Shown: positions 1-9,270, numbered from the stretch's first letter. The stretch: 15,952 bases of DNA from a virus (IMGVR_UViG_2874920711_000013:1-15952), one strand, 5' to 3'. Numbers and translations are program-made. Notes: generated by a model from the letters alone, not told the origin.

Positions 1-1199
1 TCAGGCCGGCATATACCTCAGCAGACTGATATCCCGCGCGTTTTTCTTCAGCCCCTCCACATTCAGTCCCGCGATGGCCCGGCGGTATACCATCCGGCCG
101 CCACACAGCACGCATTCAAACGGGTCACGACTCAGGAACTGCTTCACCATTTGTGCATAGCACACCTTCGCCACCGGTGCCGGTTTATCCATCCCCAGAG
201 CACGGTACACCTGCGGCAGCTTCTCTCCACACACCCGGTTGGCAAGGAACCCGAAGTACCTCACCATCTTAAAAAACTTCTCCGGGATGTGCTGTTTCAG
301 CCTCGCGACCAGCTCACGCTGTGTCAGCGTTTCCGTCGCCGTTTCTCCCGTTTTGTGGTCCAGGTAACGGAAGCTCAGGCTCGCCCCTCCGTTGTAATGT
401 GCCAGCCGGGAGGCCGCTATCGGCGGCTTCTTCAGATAACGACCCAGGTAGCGCGCCGTATTCCTCCCGCCGGCCGTTTTTTTCGACATGTACACATGCC
501 AGTATTTTCCTCCGGCTTTCAGCACCAGGCTTCTCCTCTGTGATTCCGTCGTGATATGTGACAACGACTCCGGCATCGCCAGCCCTCTGACCACGCTTTC
601 AGAAGCCGTTGCCGCATATTCCACATCCACCGCGAACGCATCGCGTCTTTCAGGAAGCTCAGCTTTTTCCACTGACCATGCTTATTCAGATCTCCACAGG
701 TTACAGACACATGTACATGCGGATGCCAGTTGAGACGACGGCCATACGTGTGGATGGCGCAGAAGATACCGGGTTCCTGCCCCCGTTTCCGGGCGGCATA
801 CAGCAGATTCTCCACCGCCAGACGGCACACGTCATTCAGCAGCCACCGGTTGCTTTCGAACACCGGCCACAGCGTGTCCGGCAGGGTGAAGACCAGGTGT
901 ACCCAGTCGCAGTCAGGAAGACGATTCAGCTGTGTCGCTATCCACAGGTCTGTGGCCTTTTTTCCGCAGGACGGGCAGGCACGGCTGCCGCATGAGTTAG
1001 TGACGTATCTGACGTGGGGGCACTCAGGTTTATCGCAGTTGTATTCCTTCACGCCCAGTATCCGCGTGCCGCAGGCCAGCATTTTGGTGACAGCCTCAAC
1101 CTCGATATCGCGCAGACCGCCCGCATCCAGGAAGGATGTCCAGCACTGGTTGGCCGTGAACAGACGTTTCAGCGGGCGGGGAGTAAAAGCGGACAACAT
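1..1199 (-). pseudogene. IS91-family (HUH-Y2 rolling-circle) transposase, split across two frames (N-part 519..1199, C-part 1..672); C-terminus runs off the window start
   Basis: N-part has a Cys-rich zinc-binding motif (CPHVRYVTNSCGSRACPSCGKK) and the HUH motif (NWHPHVHV). C-part has the YxxxYxxK two-tyrosine motif (ARYLGRYLKKPP). The two frames are reconciled by restoring one base in the C-run at 583-585. Confidence 0.8.
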
Positions 1200-1208
1200 G
1201 AGGACGGA

Positions 1209-1397
1209 TTAACCCCCGGTATCCTGTAGCCGGGTAAGGGCTGCTGTGTCGCCACGGCGCTCCAGGATGGAGGCCGCGACCATCGCAGGTGGTGGGTCCA
1301 TGGGTTTGAGCATCTTCATCCAGTCCCATTCACGTTGTGAGAGCTTCTCAGCACCAACAGAGAGCAGAACGGTATCTATACTTTTGCGGGTCAACAT
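1209..1397 (-). CDS. hypothetical 62-aa protein immediately upstream of the IS91-family transposase
   Basis: ORF from the six-frame track only; no convincing Shine-Dalgarno and no recognisable motif. Confidence 0.25.
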   Translation of the reverse strand: MLTRKSIDTVLLSVGAEKLSQREWDWMKMLKPMDPPPAMVAASILERRGDTAALTRLQDTGG

Positions 1398-1603
1398 AAG
1401 AGGATGAGTCCTTAATAAAACAGGTCCTCAGAGCATACATATTCTGCGGAGCGTGCGGCAACAACAGGACGAACAGGGGCGGTTTTCAATTTGCAGCCGT
1501 CAGGCTGCCGTGGTTCTATCTGATGTAGTTCTTACAGGCTTCAGAGTATAGGGTCAGGAGATATTCTGGAGTATTAATTGGCATTTCCGTGAAAATATCA
1601 CGT

Positions 1604-1665
1604 ATTGATAGCTTTTCATCTTCTGTGATTTGCGGGCAAATCACAGAAGGTAGTTATCTATCAAT
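1604..1665. repeat. 62-bp composite palindrome: ATTGATAG-N8-CTTCTGTGATTTG-CGGG-CAAATCACAGAAG-N8-CTATCAAT
   Basis: Read directly: 13-bp perfect inverted arms (1620-1632 / 1637-1649) around a 4-nt centre, flanked at equal 8-bp spacing by 8-bp inverted arms (1604-1611 / 1658-1665). A second inverted TTGATA/TATCAA pair lies at 1801-1806 / 1828-1833. Confidence 0.8.
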
Positions 1666-1834
1666 AATATATTTATTAATAGGCAATCGCCTGAAAATAC
1701 TCTACTTGAATAATTTCTGGTACTTACCTATTAATAAGTAGTTCATTGATTGGTTTTCACCCAAAATTATTTGGGCCAAATATTTATAGATGTTTTCCGA
1801 TTGATAATAACAAAAAAACGGCAATATCTATCAA

Positions 1835-1872
1835 CAAAAAAAAGCAGATCCCGGTCAATCAGGATCTGCTTT
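1835..1872 (-). terminator. intrinsic terminator downstream of the P4-type integrase (bidirectional hairpin)
   Basis: 8-bp stem GCAGATCC / GGATCTGC (1844-1851 / 1862-1869) with a 10-nt loop. The minus-strand transcript has a U8 tract after the stem (plus-strand A-run 1835-1842). Confidence 0.6.
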
Positions 1873-1903
1873 TCCAGTTTTAATGATTTACGCTATTTCT
1901 GAT

Positions 1904-3165
1904 TCAGGCTGCCTTATGCTGCCGCGCATAAATGTACGGCGCGACATACCCCTCGCGGCACACATCCAGATAATCCGACCACCACTGCATCATGGCCTTT
2001 CTGGCCTCCAGATGCTCTGCTTTATGCACATATGCCGCCCGCACGCTGTTGCGCTCCTGGTGGCTCATTTGCCGCTCCACCGTATCGCGTGACCACAGGT
2101 CCGACTCCACCAGGGCGCTACAGGCCATTGCCCTGAGTCCATGCCCACAGACTTCAGTTTTCGTATCATACCCATCAGACGCAGCGCCCGGTTGGTGGTG
2201 TTTTCACTCATTGGCTTGTACGGATTATGGTCGCCGGGAAACACCAGATCCAGATGGCCGGAAAGCTCCTGTATCTGTTTCAGAATGGCAATCGCCTGGC
2301 GGGAGAGCGGCACGATATGCGGGGTACGCATTTTTGCGCCACGCCCCGAAAACCGTACTTTATCAATTGCCTCGCGGGTGGCGGGAATGGTCCAGATTTT
2401 GTGCCTGAAATCGATCTCGCTCCAGCGGGCGAAACGCAGCTCGCTGGAACGGATAAACAGATGCAGCGTCAGCCCCACCGCCAGCCGGGTTAACTCCCGG
2501 CCCTGCCGGTAGTCGCCAATGCGGCCAAGCAGTTCAGGCAATCGCTCCAGCGGTAAAGCGGGATAGTGATTCTTTACGGGTGAGGCGACAACGCCATCCA
2601 GATGCTGCGCCGGATTGCTTGCGGTCAGTCCCTGCTGAACGGCATAGCGCATGATGTTGCTGAGTTGCTGCCGGGTTCGGGACGCGACTTCCAGGAAGCC
2701 TTTATCCTCAATAATCAGCAGTAAAGCCGTGAAATCCTGCGTTTTAAGCGTGGCAACGGGCAGATGACCAATCGCCGGGAAGATATGGTTTTCCATACTG
2801 GCGAGAATACGGGCGGCATACTCAGCCGACCATTTTTTGTTGGTTTTGTGCCAGGCCAGCGCCACCGCCTTAAAGCACTTTTCAGGGGAGCAGGCTGCTT
2901 TCTCTGCCATGCGCTGCTGCGCCGGGTTGATATTCTGCGCCAGTAACTTACGGATACCGTCGCGCTGCTGCCTGGCTTCTGCCAGTGAGGCCAGCGGATA
3001 TGCGCCAAGACTGACTCTGGATTCTTTTCCGTTGAAACGATATTTGCGATACCAGATGCGTGAACCGCTCGGATTGACGAGCAGATACAGACCGTGAGAG
3101 CCGGAGAGTTTTACCGGACGGGAAGAGGGTTTTAACTTGCGGATTTTAGAATCGTTTAAAGACAT
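1904..3165 (-). pseudogene. P4-type tyrosine integrase (DUF4102 N-terminus plus phage-integrase catalytic domain), interrupted by one frameshift
   Basis: N-terminus MSLNDSKIRKLKP...GLYLLVNPSGSRIWYRKYRF is typical of P4-like integrases; ATG at 3165 with GGAG upstream. The catalytic C-terminus (HGLRAMACSALVES...SHQERNSVRAAYVHKAEHLEARK) is in another frame (1904..2182). The frames are reconciled by one extra base in the C-run at 2171-2173. The gene sits beside the 3' side of tRNA-Asn in the same orientation. Confidence 0.85.
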
Positions 3166-3326
3166 TTGAGGGTCACTCCAGAATCGAACCAAACTGCCCC
3201 CAGATCTGACCACCAAATTATCCCGATGCGGAGAGAAAACTAGATACGCACCGGGAAGGATTTTCACGCTAACTTACTGAATCGTAAACAAATAGAAACG
3301 TACAGATAAGCATGAAAACTTGAATT

Positions 3327-3402
3327 TGGCTCCTCTGACTGGACTCGAACCAGTGACATACGGATTAACAGTCCGCCGTTCTACCGACTGAACTACAGAG
3401 GA
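3327..3402 (-). tRNA. asnT: tRNA-Asn (anticodon GUU)
   Basis: 76-nt sequence on the minus strand, TCCTCTGTAGTTCAGTCGGTAGAACGGCGGACTGTTAATCCGTATGTCACTGGTTCGAGTCCAGTCAGAGGAGCCA, matching the E. coli Asn tRNA with encoded CCA. The asnT name comes from its position next to mtfA. Confidence 0.95.
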
Positions 3403-3420
3403 ATCGTGTGAACGGGGCGC

Positions 3421-3449
3421 ATATTACTTAGCGGTACCTTGTCTGTCAA
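3421..3449 (-). promoter_or_regulatory. sigma70 promoter for tRNA-Asn with GC-rich discriminator
   Basis: On the minus strand: TTGACA (3444-3449), 17-bp spacer, TAATAT (3421-3426), then GCGCCCC before the mature 5' end at 3402. AT-rich UP-like sequence upstream. Confidence 0.55.
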
Positions 3450-3502
3450 CACTAAATTTCATAAGTCATTTCAATTGGTTAATTAATCTGCAAAGTTGTT
3501 AA

Positions 3503-4300
3503 TTAATGAACATTCGTCGCCGAAAACGAGTCTGTATCATTAGCGTGATGCAGTCTCTGCAAAGGATCTTGTTGATAAAATTGGCAGAAACGTTGCCACA
3601 ATGAAGGGAAACGAGGAGCAAAAAGTTCTGGGGCGCTAAAGAAATATTCAGAAAGTACGGCAAAACATTCAGCAGGATCGCTGGCAGCATAAGCATCAAT
3701 GCTCGCCGCATTCTCGCCAACTAATTCGATTTCTTCCTGAATGTTGTTCATTGCAGCATGAAGATCGTGTTCCCAGCCAGCAACCTCACGCAACGGAATA
3801 AAGGGAACTCCGCTGGCGCGATCGCCGTTACGGGTGTCCAGCTTATGAGCGACTTCATGAATAATCAGGTTAAAACCAGAAGCATCAAAAGAATCTTGTA
3901 TATCCAACCAGTTCAAAACGATAGGCCCTTGCTGCCAGCTCTGACCTGACTGAACAATACGTTGGTTATGCACCAGACCGATATCGTCTTCCCATTCATC
4001 ATCGACCACAAATGGCGCAGGATAAATTAAGACTTCATGAAAACCATCCAGCCATTCCAGTCCTAACTCCAGAACGGGTAGGCAAAATAGAAGTGCTATC
4101 CGGCAGCTTCTTAATGAATCCAGTTCAAAGCTCTGTAAAGGAACAAGCCGCTTTTGCTGTAAAAAACGTTCGGCAAGAGTGACTAATTTGCTTTGTTCCT
4201 GTTCCGTCAGACACGTTAAAAGGGGGAACGATAGTGCTTCCTGCCAGGGAAGGGCAGTTTGATGTGCTGATTCTTGTACTTTCCAGGGCCACTTAATCAT
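3503..4300 (-). CDS. mtfA: MtfA (Mlc titration factor A; zinc-dependent peptidase family), 265 aa
   Basis: Protein begins [23 protein letters not shown] and contains the HEVAH zinc-binding motif. It lies between the Asn and Ser tRNA genes, as mtfA does in E. coli K-12. Confidence 0.9.
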   Translation of the reverse strand: MIKWPWKVQESAHQTALPWQEALSFPLLTCLTEQEQSKLVTLAERFLQQKRLVPLQSFELDSLRSCRIALLFCLPVLELGLEWLDGFHEVLIYPAPFVVDDEWEDDIGLVHNQRIVQSGQSWQQGPIVLNWLDIQDSFDASGFNLIIHEVAHKLDTRNGDRASGVPFIPLREVAGWEHDLHAAMNNIQEEIELVGENAASIDAYAASDPAECFAVLSEYFFSAPELFAPRFPSLWQRFCQFYQQDPLQRLHHANDTDSFSATNVH

Positions 4301-4393
4301 CGTTTTGCTCGCAAACTCGTCACTTGAACAAAATTGCACGGACAGGGACTGTTAAAATGCCAAATTTCTTGGCATCATGGCAACCATCTGAAC

Positions 4394-4483
4394 GGAGAGA
4401 TGCCGGAGCGGCTGAACGGACCGGTCTCGAAAACCGGAGTGGGGGCAACTCCACCGGGGGTTCAAATCCCCCTCTCTCCGCCA
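4394..4483 (+). tRNA. serU: tRNA-Ser (anticodon CGA), class II tRNA with long variable arm
   Basis: 90-nt sequence GGAGAGATGCCGGAGCGGCTGAACGGACCGGTCTCGAAAACCGG...GGTTCAAATCCCCCTCTCTCCGCCA; anticodon loop CU-CGA-AA. Confidence 0.95.
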
Positions 4484-4528
4484 AAATTCAATCACTTATA
4501 CATCATTAAGTCAGTGACAAAAATCACA

Positions 4529-4559
4529 CTTGGAATTACTTGGAATATTTTCTTGGAAT
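4529..4559. repeat. three direct CTTGGAAT repeats between the serU 3' end and the end of int (candidate integrase arm-type sites)
   Basis: CTTGGAAT at 4529-4536, 4539-4546 and 4552-4559. The last two are a 13-bp tandem repeat inside the final int codons (ENIPRKYSK). Confidence 0.45.
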
Positions 4560-5561
4560 ATTTTCAGGTAACGGGACATCAAGTGTCGGTGAAACTTTAA
4601 CCTTCCTGTCATAGATTAGCACTTGCCCCTCGGTTTTGTGACCAGAGAAAAGTTGCTTATCCCGACTGCTTCCTTCATAGTCTGAAATTCCTTTCGCCTT
4701 CAGATCATGAAAGGTGAAGTCGGTTAAAATACCTGAAATTTTGCCTGCGCGATTTCTTGCTTCTACCCACATTTCGTTAAAGCCTTTGTACATATATCGG
4801 TTGCCGTATTGATTGCTGATTACATAGGCGGATGTTGGTAACTGTTTTGCTTTTTCGATCGCCGCCTGTAATCGTGGACTCCATGCTTTTATCTGTTTTT
4901 TTCCTGTTTTCCCTTGCTGGATAAAGATCCCGTCGTTTCCAATCTGCTCCCATTTCAGCGATAACACATCGGAAACCCTCGCTGCACACAGATAGGCAAT
5001 TTCCATTGCGATAAAAACAGGAAGAGGTGCAACGCTTAATACTGCCTGGTATTCTTTGTCGGTTACATATCGTTCGCGGTTTTTGGCCTTGAATTTACTT
5101 ACACCTGCACATGGGTTAGCCTTCACGTACCCTCGCTCATACCCCCAACTGTAAACGCGGGACATACTGCTTTTTTCATGGTTGGCTTGCGTTTTACTCT
5201 GTTCCCCTCTCTTGTCCATGTATCGACGGATGTGTTCTGGTTTTATGGAATCTGCCGGCACCTTACCGAATACGGCAAGCAACTTTTTTTGATGTTGCAG
5301 ATAATCTTTTTGTGTTCTTGGACTGAGGTCACTGTAATAGGCGCTGGCGAGGAATTTTTCCCACAAGCGACCGAATGTCATTGCACGATCGCGATTATTT
5401 ACAGTTTCCTCATACTTTTTCCATAAAGCAGCTAAACCATCCTTGATGGCGGTTAGTGTTACAGATTCTCTGGATGTTGGTTTCCATACATAACTATATT
5501 TATTTGGGTATACATTTGGAGGTAATTTTTCGTGTTCAGGATTTTTCCTTCGTCTTCCCAT
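4536..5561 (-). CDS. int: prophage integrase, lambda-Int family tyrosine recombinase, 341 aa
   Basis: N-terminus MGRRRKNPEHEKLPPNVY resembles the lambda Int arm-binding domain. Catalytic region carries R (AARVSDV), K (QGKTGKK), H (FTFHDLK), H (SGHKTEG) and Y (VLIYDRK). The gene converges on the serU 3' end and is coupled to the upstream xis (TGATG overlap at 5559-5563). Confidence 0.9.
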   Translation of the reverse strand: MGRRRKNPEHEKLPPNVYPNKYSYVWKPTSRESVTLTAIKDGLAALWKKYEETVNNRDRAMTFGRLWEKFLASAYYSDLSPRTQKDYLQHQKKLLAVFGKVPADSIKPEHIRRYMDKRGEQSKTQANHEKSSMSRVYSWGYERGYVKANPCAGVSKFKAKNRERYVTDKEYQAVLSVAPLPVFIAMEIAYLCAARVSDVLSLKWEQIGNDGIFIQQGKTGKKQIKAWSPRLQAAIEKAKQLPTSAYVISNQYGNRYMYKGFNEMWVEARNRAGKISGILTDFTFHDLKAKGISDYEGSSRDKQLFSGHKTEGQVLIYDRKVKVSPTLDVPLPENIPRKYSK

Positions 5562-5730
5562 CAGATCGCACCAAAATTCGGCTCTACCTCGCGTGGTGGT
5601 AAAGTTTTATTGCAGGTAAATAGATCCCGGCTGACAATCGGTTTGCCACTACGATTGGTATAGAACGGAAGCCCGTTTTCCATTAACCATTTTCGCTGGT
5701 GGCTTGCATATTTGCAGCCCGTTAATATTA
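5561..5730 (-). pseudogene. xis: excisionase (Xis-like winged-helix protein) interrupted by an IS insertion; this is the 3' part, and the first 11 codons lie at 6647..6680
   Basis: Removing the IS (5731..6644) and one TA copy restores a 67-aa ORF MSSLFLTEDELLILTGCKYASHQRKWLMENGLPFYTNRSGKPIVSRDLF..., which fits the excisionase pattern (LTG...W...NG.PF....GKP.V.R). Its stop overlaps the int start. Confidence 0.6.
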
Positions 5731-6644
5731 GGCTGTGTCCCTTAATCATCTGAGCTATAGTAACTGTCTGTTTACACAACATATTGAACTATGGCTCGCT
5801 ACGACCTTCCCGATGAGGCATGGACCATCATCAAGCCCCTGTTACCTCCTGAACCCGCCACACCACGGGCCGGACGCCCATGGGCTGAGCACCGTAAAAT
5901 CATCAATGGCATGTTCTGGGTGTTATGTTCCGGTGCACCATGGCGCGATTTACCCGAACGATATGGGTCATGGAAAACTGTTTATAACCGCTTTAACCGA
6001 TGGTCAAAGTCAGGCGTGATTAATATTATTTTCAACAGGTTGCTTTCGCTACTTGATGCAAACGGCTTTATTGACTGGTCTGCCACCGCGCTGGATGGCA
6101 GTAATATCCGGGCGCTGAAATGTGCCGCCGGTGCTCAAAAAAACATCCCGATATCGACGGAGATAATGGGCTGGGTCGCTCTCGCGGCGGTTTTGGCACC
6201 AAAATCCATCTGGCAACAGACGGAAGTGGCCTCCCGTTAAATATCGTGCTAAGCCCGGACAAGCTCATGAAAGCCAGTTCGCGCAACGACTTCTGGACGG
6301 GATTGGCGTTCAGCGTCAGAACGGCAGCATGAAACGCCGTGGACATGCGGTACTGGCTGATAAAGCGTATTCAGGGCGCGCATTGCGCAACGAGCTGAAA
6401 AATAACGGTATAAAGGCAGTAATCCCCGAAAGTCAAATGAGAAAATGGCATCGGATGGACGTGCACAGCTTGATCGTGATGCGTACTGCAATCGTAATGT
6501 CGTTGAACGGTGCTTTGGGCGGCTGAAAGAATATCGCCGCATCGCCACGCGTTACGACAAAACGGCGAGAAATTACCTGGCGATGGTGAAACTGGGCTGC
6601 ATCCGACTCTTTTATCAACGCTTACGTAATTAAGGGACACAGCC
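5731..6644 (+). mobile_element. IS5-family (IS427-like group) insertion sequence, 914 bp, inserted in xis
   Basis: Perfect 16-bp terminal inverted repeats GGCTGTGTCCCTTAAT (5731-5746; reverse complement at 6629-6644) flanked by a TA direct duplication (5729-5730 and 6645-6646). The transposase begins MARYDLPDEAWTIIKPLLPP. Confidence 0.8.
5791..6633 (+). pseudogene. IS5-family transposase (OrfA/OrfB), reading frame broken at three homopolymer sites
   Basis: Conserved transposase segments lie in four successive frames (5791-6240, 6120-6332, 6329-6526, 6445-6633), including ADKAYSGRALRNELKNNGIKAVIPESQ and ERCFGRLKEYRRIATRYDKTARNYLAMV. Shifts are at the A7 run 6137-6143, CCCGG at 6254-6258 and AAA at 6435-6437; each is -1. 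The A7 site could be a natural programmed frameshift. Confidence 0.75.
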
Positions 6645-6738
6645 TAGCAATTCATCTTCGGTTAAAAATAAGCTGCTCATAGCTATATCTCATAACCGCC
6701 GCTAACTATATACGGTTAGCGGCAATTAGGGTTGAACA

Positions 6739-8010
6739 TTAAAAATCAGCCTGACTCGGGATCAGTTTTTGCCAGATAGCTGAAACGTATTTTGCCTGGT
6801 AACGAGCGTCATCAAGTGCATTATGGCGCTCACCTTCGAATGGAATAGCCGTTCTGGCATCGAAGTCTATGGCTTTCCCCAGCTCAACGATTGTGCGTAC
6901 ATCGCGATCGTTGTAGTAACGCCACGGGCAGGGGATCCCCTGCCGTTCGTATGAACGGCGCAAAATCGTGTTGTCGAAGTTGGCTCCATTTCCCCAGACC
7001 TGAACAAAAAATTCACCGGAGTTTTCGTCGATAAATTCCCGCAATTGTAACAGTGCATCATCTAACGGGATTTCATCGGTCATAATGGCAGATTGCGCTT
7101 CGCGTGATTGCTTAAGCCACCATTTAATGGTGTCCCGATCAATGACTCCGCCAGCAGTTTCCAGATCGATAGTCTTACTAAATTCGGGTCCCATATCTCC
7201 GGTTTGCGGATCGAAAAATATTGCACCTATTGAGATGATCGGGGCATCAGGATTTTTTCCCATGGTTTCAAGGTCGATCATTAGATGGTCACACGTCCTG
7301 CTGGTGGATGTGATTTCGTGATGACCATTCACCGTAATTAAGGGATCTGCCGTCTCGCCAGTTTTACTATCGCTGGCGTGGTCCTGAGCGCTGCCAGCAT
7401 TCTCCTTGTGTGGATGTTCAGCGCCTTCCATTTCCTCCGGATCATTTTCCTGAACTTCAACCTGATTCTCTTCATCGAATGTTTTCTGGTATGTTGCGTC
7501 GTCCATCACCGCGCCACAATCAGGGTAGTTGCCGCCACCGCTCTGACCGCAGGCGGTGCAGACTTTTTCCGGTTCCTGTTGCGCTACTGGTTCGGATTGT
7601 TTCGTTTCTGGCTCGTTTTGTAACGCATTTGGGCTGTTTTGTTCCGCTTTTTGGTCGTTCCGTTCCGATTCATGCTGGTTCTGGTTCACAGAATCGCGAG
7701 TCTGGATCCCCTTGACCCATTTCGGATCATTAGGGTCGCTAATCCCCTCAACAAATTCACCACGCGATACAGCAAGTAACTTATCGGCGTCAGGCTGGCT
7801 GATATTGGCTGCCTGCATAATTTTGTTTACTTCGTCAGCGGTGACTTTTACTTGGTTAGCGGAACTCACCTGCGACTGAGCATCCAGCGACTGCGCGTTC
7901 TGGCAATGTTCAGTTGTATCCGGTTCCATTGTTTCAGTTGTTGCCTGTTCACCTGCCATTGCGTCAGATGGTTGTGGTTTTTCTTCTTCTGTTTCACGCT
8001 CAGTAACCAC
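6739..8010 (-). CDS. prophage exonuclease: DnaQ-like DEDDh 3'-5' exonuclease domain after a long acidic low-complexity region; true 5' end uncertain
   Basis: C-terminal domain has the three DEDDh motifs: [21 protein letters not shown] and [14 protein letters not shown]. The listed start is a GTG with a poor ribosome-binding site. Coding-like sequence continues upstream in another frame (8045..8219) across an A5 run at 8038-8042. Confidence 0.75.
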   Translation of the reverse strand: MVTERETEEEKPQPSDAMAGEQATTETMEPDTTEHCQNAQSLDAQSQVSSANQVKVTADEVNKIMQAANISQPDADKLLAVSRGEFVEGISDPNDPKWVKGIQTRDSVNQNQHESERNDQKAEQNSPNALQNEPETKQSEPVAQQEPEKVCTACGQSGGGNYPDCGAVMDDATYQKTFDEENQVEVQENDPEEMEGAEHPHKENAGSAQDHASDSKTGETADPLITVNGHHEITSTSRTCDHLMIDLETMGKNPDAPIISIGAIFFDPQTGDMGPEFSKTIDLETAGGVIDRDTIKWWLKQSREAQSAIMTDEIPLDDALLQLREFIDENSGEFFVQVWGNGANFDNTILRRSYERQGIPCPWRYYNDRDVRTIVELGKAIDFDARTAIPFEGERHNALDDARYQAKYVSAIWQKLIPSQADF

Positions 8011-8163
8011 CTCGCGGTTAATTTCTTCCAGGATATCTTTTTCCGGCGTATGCCGGGCAGCTGTGAGAGTTTCCTTGCTGGGTTCTCGTGATCAGTTTCT
8101 GTCAAATAGGCGTTGATATACCCCTGAAGGCGTCCCGGGTAGTGATAAAATTCAGGGGTGCGC

Positions 8164-9177
8164 TTAGGATAAGTGCAAAAATAGCGGCGCGGGAATAGTC
8201 CAGAATACCCGGGTTGCACGAAGTGCTGCGGACCATTCTTTGAACGGACTTTCTTTTTTCAGGACTACTTCTTTTGCGCGACGATAAACGCTGCCCGGAA
8301 TTTCATAAATATTAAAATCCATCGGAAGTGTGGCTGCTGCAATCTCCACATCCAGTGTGTCGAGGGTGTGTACTAAATTCGGATTGCGATCGGTTTTGTT
8401 CCCACCGCCAGCATTAGCACCGGAAGCCGTGCGGGTGATGCGTGAAACACGATTTCCTTTCATCCACTCTTTTGTCAGCAGACCCCGATCAGTGTAGTCA
8501 GCGTCCAGGTATGCTTCGAAAAAAGCAGTTATTAGTCCCAGGTCTGAATTACCAGGATTAGGGAAAACTTTGTCAGTGTCACGAACCAGTTTGTGGAGGT
8601 CGCGAATCTCCAGCGAGTCGAGCAGACTGGTTTTATGCGAAATAGCCAGGGCAGTAACAGCCGGTAGTTCTTCAGCCCGTGCAATGTGTAATGCCTGGAG
8701 TTCGTCGCGTGAAACGTGCGTTACTGGTTTTTCGCTGCCGTGTTGAGCAAGCCAACGAATGGGCAGTTCCTGACCGGAGACAGGTAGAAGCATGCTCTCC
8801 TCAATCTCAGTCATGTCTTCGCCGTTGATGTTGGTATTATCAGTGCTGGCTGATTTGTCCTGAACAGAGGGGGAAGGGCCGATAAATGTCATTGTGATGC
8901 CATCTTTCCCGCCTTTTTCATAGCGGTTGCAGAATTCAGTATCAAACACGCCTTCTGGCGGAAGGTCGTCAACAACGGGCAAATTGACGCGGACGGGTTT
9001 TTTAAAGTCGTCTTCATCATAATCGTTGTCATCCATTGCGGTAATGCAGCGGGAGATTGCAACAGATAATTTTTTTGCTGTAGTCCAGTAAAAACCACCT
9101 TTAATTCCTAGGCGTTTTCTTACTTTGACATTTTTTGCTTCGCAATATAGTGCAAATTCTTCTTTATCAGTGCTCAT
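8164..9177 (-). CDS. prophage protein of unknown function, 337 aa; possibly the N-terminal part of a larger exonuclease protein
   Basis: Long ORF with ATG at 9177. It occupies the ydfE-like position after ydfD in a Qin-type gene order. It is in the same frame as the exonuclease ORF. Confidence 0.6.
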   Translation of the reverse strand: MSTDKEEFALYCEAKNVKVRKRLGIKGGFYWTTAKKLSVAISRCITAMDDNDYDEDDFKKPVRVNLPVVDDLPPEGVFDTEFCNRYEKGGKDGITMTFIGPSPSVQDKSASTDNTNINGEDMTEIEESMLLPVSGQELPIRWLAQHGSEKPVTHVSRDELQALHIARAEELPAVTALAISHKTSLLDSLEIRDLHKLVRDTDKVFPNPGNSDLGLITAFFEAYLDADYTDRGLLTKEWMKGNRVSRITRTASGANAGGGNKTDRNPNLVHTLDTLDVEIAAATLPMDFNIYEIPGSVYRRAKEVVLKKESPFKEWSAALRATRVFWTIPAPLFLHLS

Positions 9178-9270
9178 TATTGATAAACCTCATCACAGAT
9201 TTAAGGGTGAACAAATCTCTGCCATTGCTGACATATAAGAATGAAACTGGATATTTATTACGGTGCTGTT

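Noticed and set aside
1620-1649. CRP-like TGTGA ... TCACA half-sites
   Set aside because: The half-sites are 12 bp apart instead of the 6 bp of a CRP site; better treated as part of the composite palindrome.
1992-2512. Plus-strand ORFs of 88-138 aa
   Set aside because: Antisense to the well-supported P4-type integrase; no independent support.
3173-3200. tRNA T-arm-like motif (GGTTCGATTCTGG on the minus strand) just upstream of the P4-type integrase start
   Set aside because: Only the T-loop consensus is present, with no acceptor stem or matching tRNA. It may be a remnant of an attachment site but cannot be called.
7085-7879. Several plus-strand ORFs of 78-107 aa
   Set aside because: All lie antisense within the exonuclease gene's acidic low-complexity region, which generates open frames on the other strand.
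7866-8219. 117-aa minus-strand ORF from the track
   Set aside because: Not an independent gene. Its first part (8045-8219) is probably the real frame of the exonuclease 5' region, and its remainder is the out-of-frame shadow of the acidic region.
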